64,000 bases of DNA from Chloroflexota bacterium. GTDB lineage: Bacteria > Chloroflexota > Dehalococcoidia > Bin125. This document shows, one piece after another, positions 62,918 to 64,000 of the stretch. Location of the stretch: assembly GCA_009838915.1 (NCBI GenBank), contig VXQT01000012.1, positions 4,671 to 68,670 on the forward strand, given 5' to 3'. The notes beneath the pieces were generated by a model. That model saw nothing but the letters and a program-made list of their open reading frames with translations, did not search any database and was not told the DNA's origin. The position numbers and the translations under genes are program-made. The stretch's first letter is position 1; each line of letters starts with the position of its first letter.

Positions 62918-64000
62918 CTAGTCGTCCGTCGACGTGAATCCGCCCCGAGCGATCAACAACGGCGCCGTAGGCACATCCGACGTGATCTCCAGCGCGTACA
63001 GCTCCGCGATCTGCTCGTCGTCATAGCCCAGTTCGGTCAGCACTTCGTGGTTGTGCTCGGCGAAGCGCGGCGCGGCGCGTCGGATCGACGGTTCCGTGCG
63101 GCCGAAGCGCCAGGGCCAACTCGGATAGGGATAGACGCCGATCACCGAGTGGTTGACCCACCGGTAGAAGCCGCGCTCGTGGATGTGCGGGTCGTGCAGC
63201 ACCTGCCAGTTGGCCAGGATCGGCGCAGCCGACACGCCCGCGCGCTGCAGCTCCCAGGCCGCTTCGTACTGCTCGCGCTCGTTCGACCACGCCTCGATCG
63301 CCTGATCCAGTTCGTCCTGCCGCGCCGTTCTGCCCTCGAGGGTCGCCAGCCCGGAATCAGCCAGCAGATCGTCGCGTCTCAGCGCTCTACATAACGACCG
63401 CCACTCCTCGTCGCTCTGCACCGACACCGCGATCCACGTGTCCTCGCCCATCGCCCGGTACGCGCCCTGCGGCGCGAAGCGCGCGTCACCATTGCCGTTC
63501 GGGCGCATGATCCGGCCGGTGGTTTGGTAGTGCATCAGCGACTCGAAGAAGTACGCCGCGCCCGCTTCGTTCAGGGCGACGTCGATGTACTGTCCTTCGC
63601 CGGTTTCGTCGCGATGCTCCAGCGCCGCCAGGATCGCCACGGTCGCGTGATTGCCCGAGACCGGGTCCGCATAGAACAGCGGCGTCCGCCGTACCTGGTC
63701 CGCGTCGTAGCCGGTCACCGAGGCCAGCCCCGACGACGCCTCAATGTTGGATCCGTAGGCCGACCAGTCGCGCCAGGGACCGGTCGCGCCGAACCCCGAC
63801 ATCGAGACGTAGACGATCCGCTCGTTCACTGCGCGCACCGTCTCGTAGTCCAGTCCCAGGTTGGGCATCACGCGAGCCGAGTTGTTCTCGACGAACACGT
63901 CCGCCTCGCGCATCAGCTCCATGAAGATCTGCTTGCCCTCGTCCGCCGAGAGGTCCACGATCAGATCGCGCTTGTTGCGATTGAGCAGATTGAAGTACAT
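62918..64000 (-). CDS. CoA-transferase family III (CaiB/BaiF); 3' part, N-terminus beyond the window
   Basis: …NLGLDYETVRAVNERIVYVSMSGFGATGPW… is the typical family-III core. The ORF reaches the window edge. Confidence 0.8.
   Translation of the reverse strand: MYFNLLNRNKRDLIVDLSADEGKQIFMELMREADVFVENNSARVMPNLGLDYETVRAVNERIVYVSMSGFGATGPWRDWSAYGSNIEASSGLASVTGYDADQVRRTPLFYADPVSGNHATVAILAALEHRDETGEGQYIDVALNEAGAAYFFESLMHYQTTGRIMRPNGNGDARFAPQGAYRAMGEDTWIAVSVQSDEEWRSLCRALRRDDLLADSGLATLEGRTARQDELDQAIEAWSNEREQYEAAWELQRAGVSAAPILANWQVLHDPHIHERGFYRWVNHSVIGVYPYPSWPWRFGRTEPSIRRAAPRFAEHNHEVLTELGYDDEQIAELYALEITSDVPTAPLLIARGGFTSTDD

Overview
This is a high-GC (about 65-70%) bacterial chromosomal segment with compact gene packing, strong GC3 codon bias and GGAGG-type ribosome-binding sites (RBS). 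F420/luciferase-like monooxygenase (LLM) and pyridoxamine-phosphate-oxidase-like (PPOX) F420 enzymes, KatG and the repeat style suggest an actinobacterial- or Chloroflexi-like genome; this is a guess from content, not a database result. I can support about 57 protein-coding genes, one tRNA-Pro(CGG) and no rRNA, CRISPR array or transposase. The gene content is mostly metabolism and stress repair. Six family-III CoA-transferase domains sit on five genes, one of them a fused di-domain protein. There are three enoyl-CoA hydratases, an acyl-CoA dehydrogenase, an acyl-CoA synthetase, an acetyl-CoA hydrolase/transferase, two LLM oxidoreductases, two short-chain dehydrogenase/reductase (SDR) genes, citramalate synthase, a truncated PurH-like AICAR-formyltransferase-only protein, agmatinase and a NuoE-NuoF fusion. 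Stress and repair genes include katG, three DinB-family paralogs, Tag, RmuC, a SOS-response-associated peptidase (SRAP) and a glutaredoxin-thioredoxin-reductase fusion. Several gene families occur as tandem paralogs. The most striking non-genic signal is a dense family of G/C-rich palindromic REP-like repeats ('ctccccccgcggagcggggggag' plus 'atgccgaaggcagagggggg'), present at 11 or more intergenic sites; they create false ORF extensions beginning MPKAEGG or PSAFGISP. A second repeat family, 'ccctctccc(a/g)gagggagaggg', is also present. Other points worth a second look are an unexplained ~450-bp non-coding block with a terminator hairpin between repeat copies, a low-GC islet carrying a membrane-protein and PH-SHOCT gene pair, and a 204-bp convergent overlap between an aquaporin and a hydrolase gene. 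Many long antisense ORFs in the six-frame track are GC-frame artefacts and were rejected.
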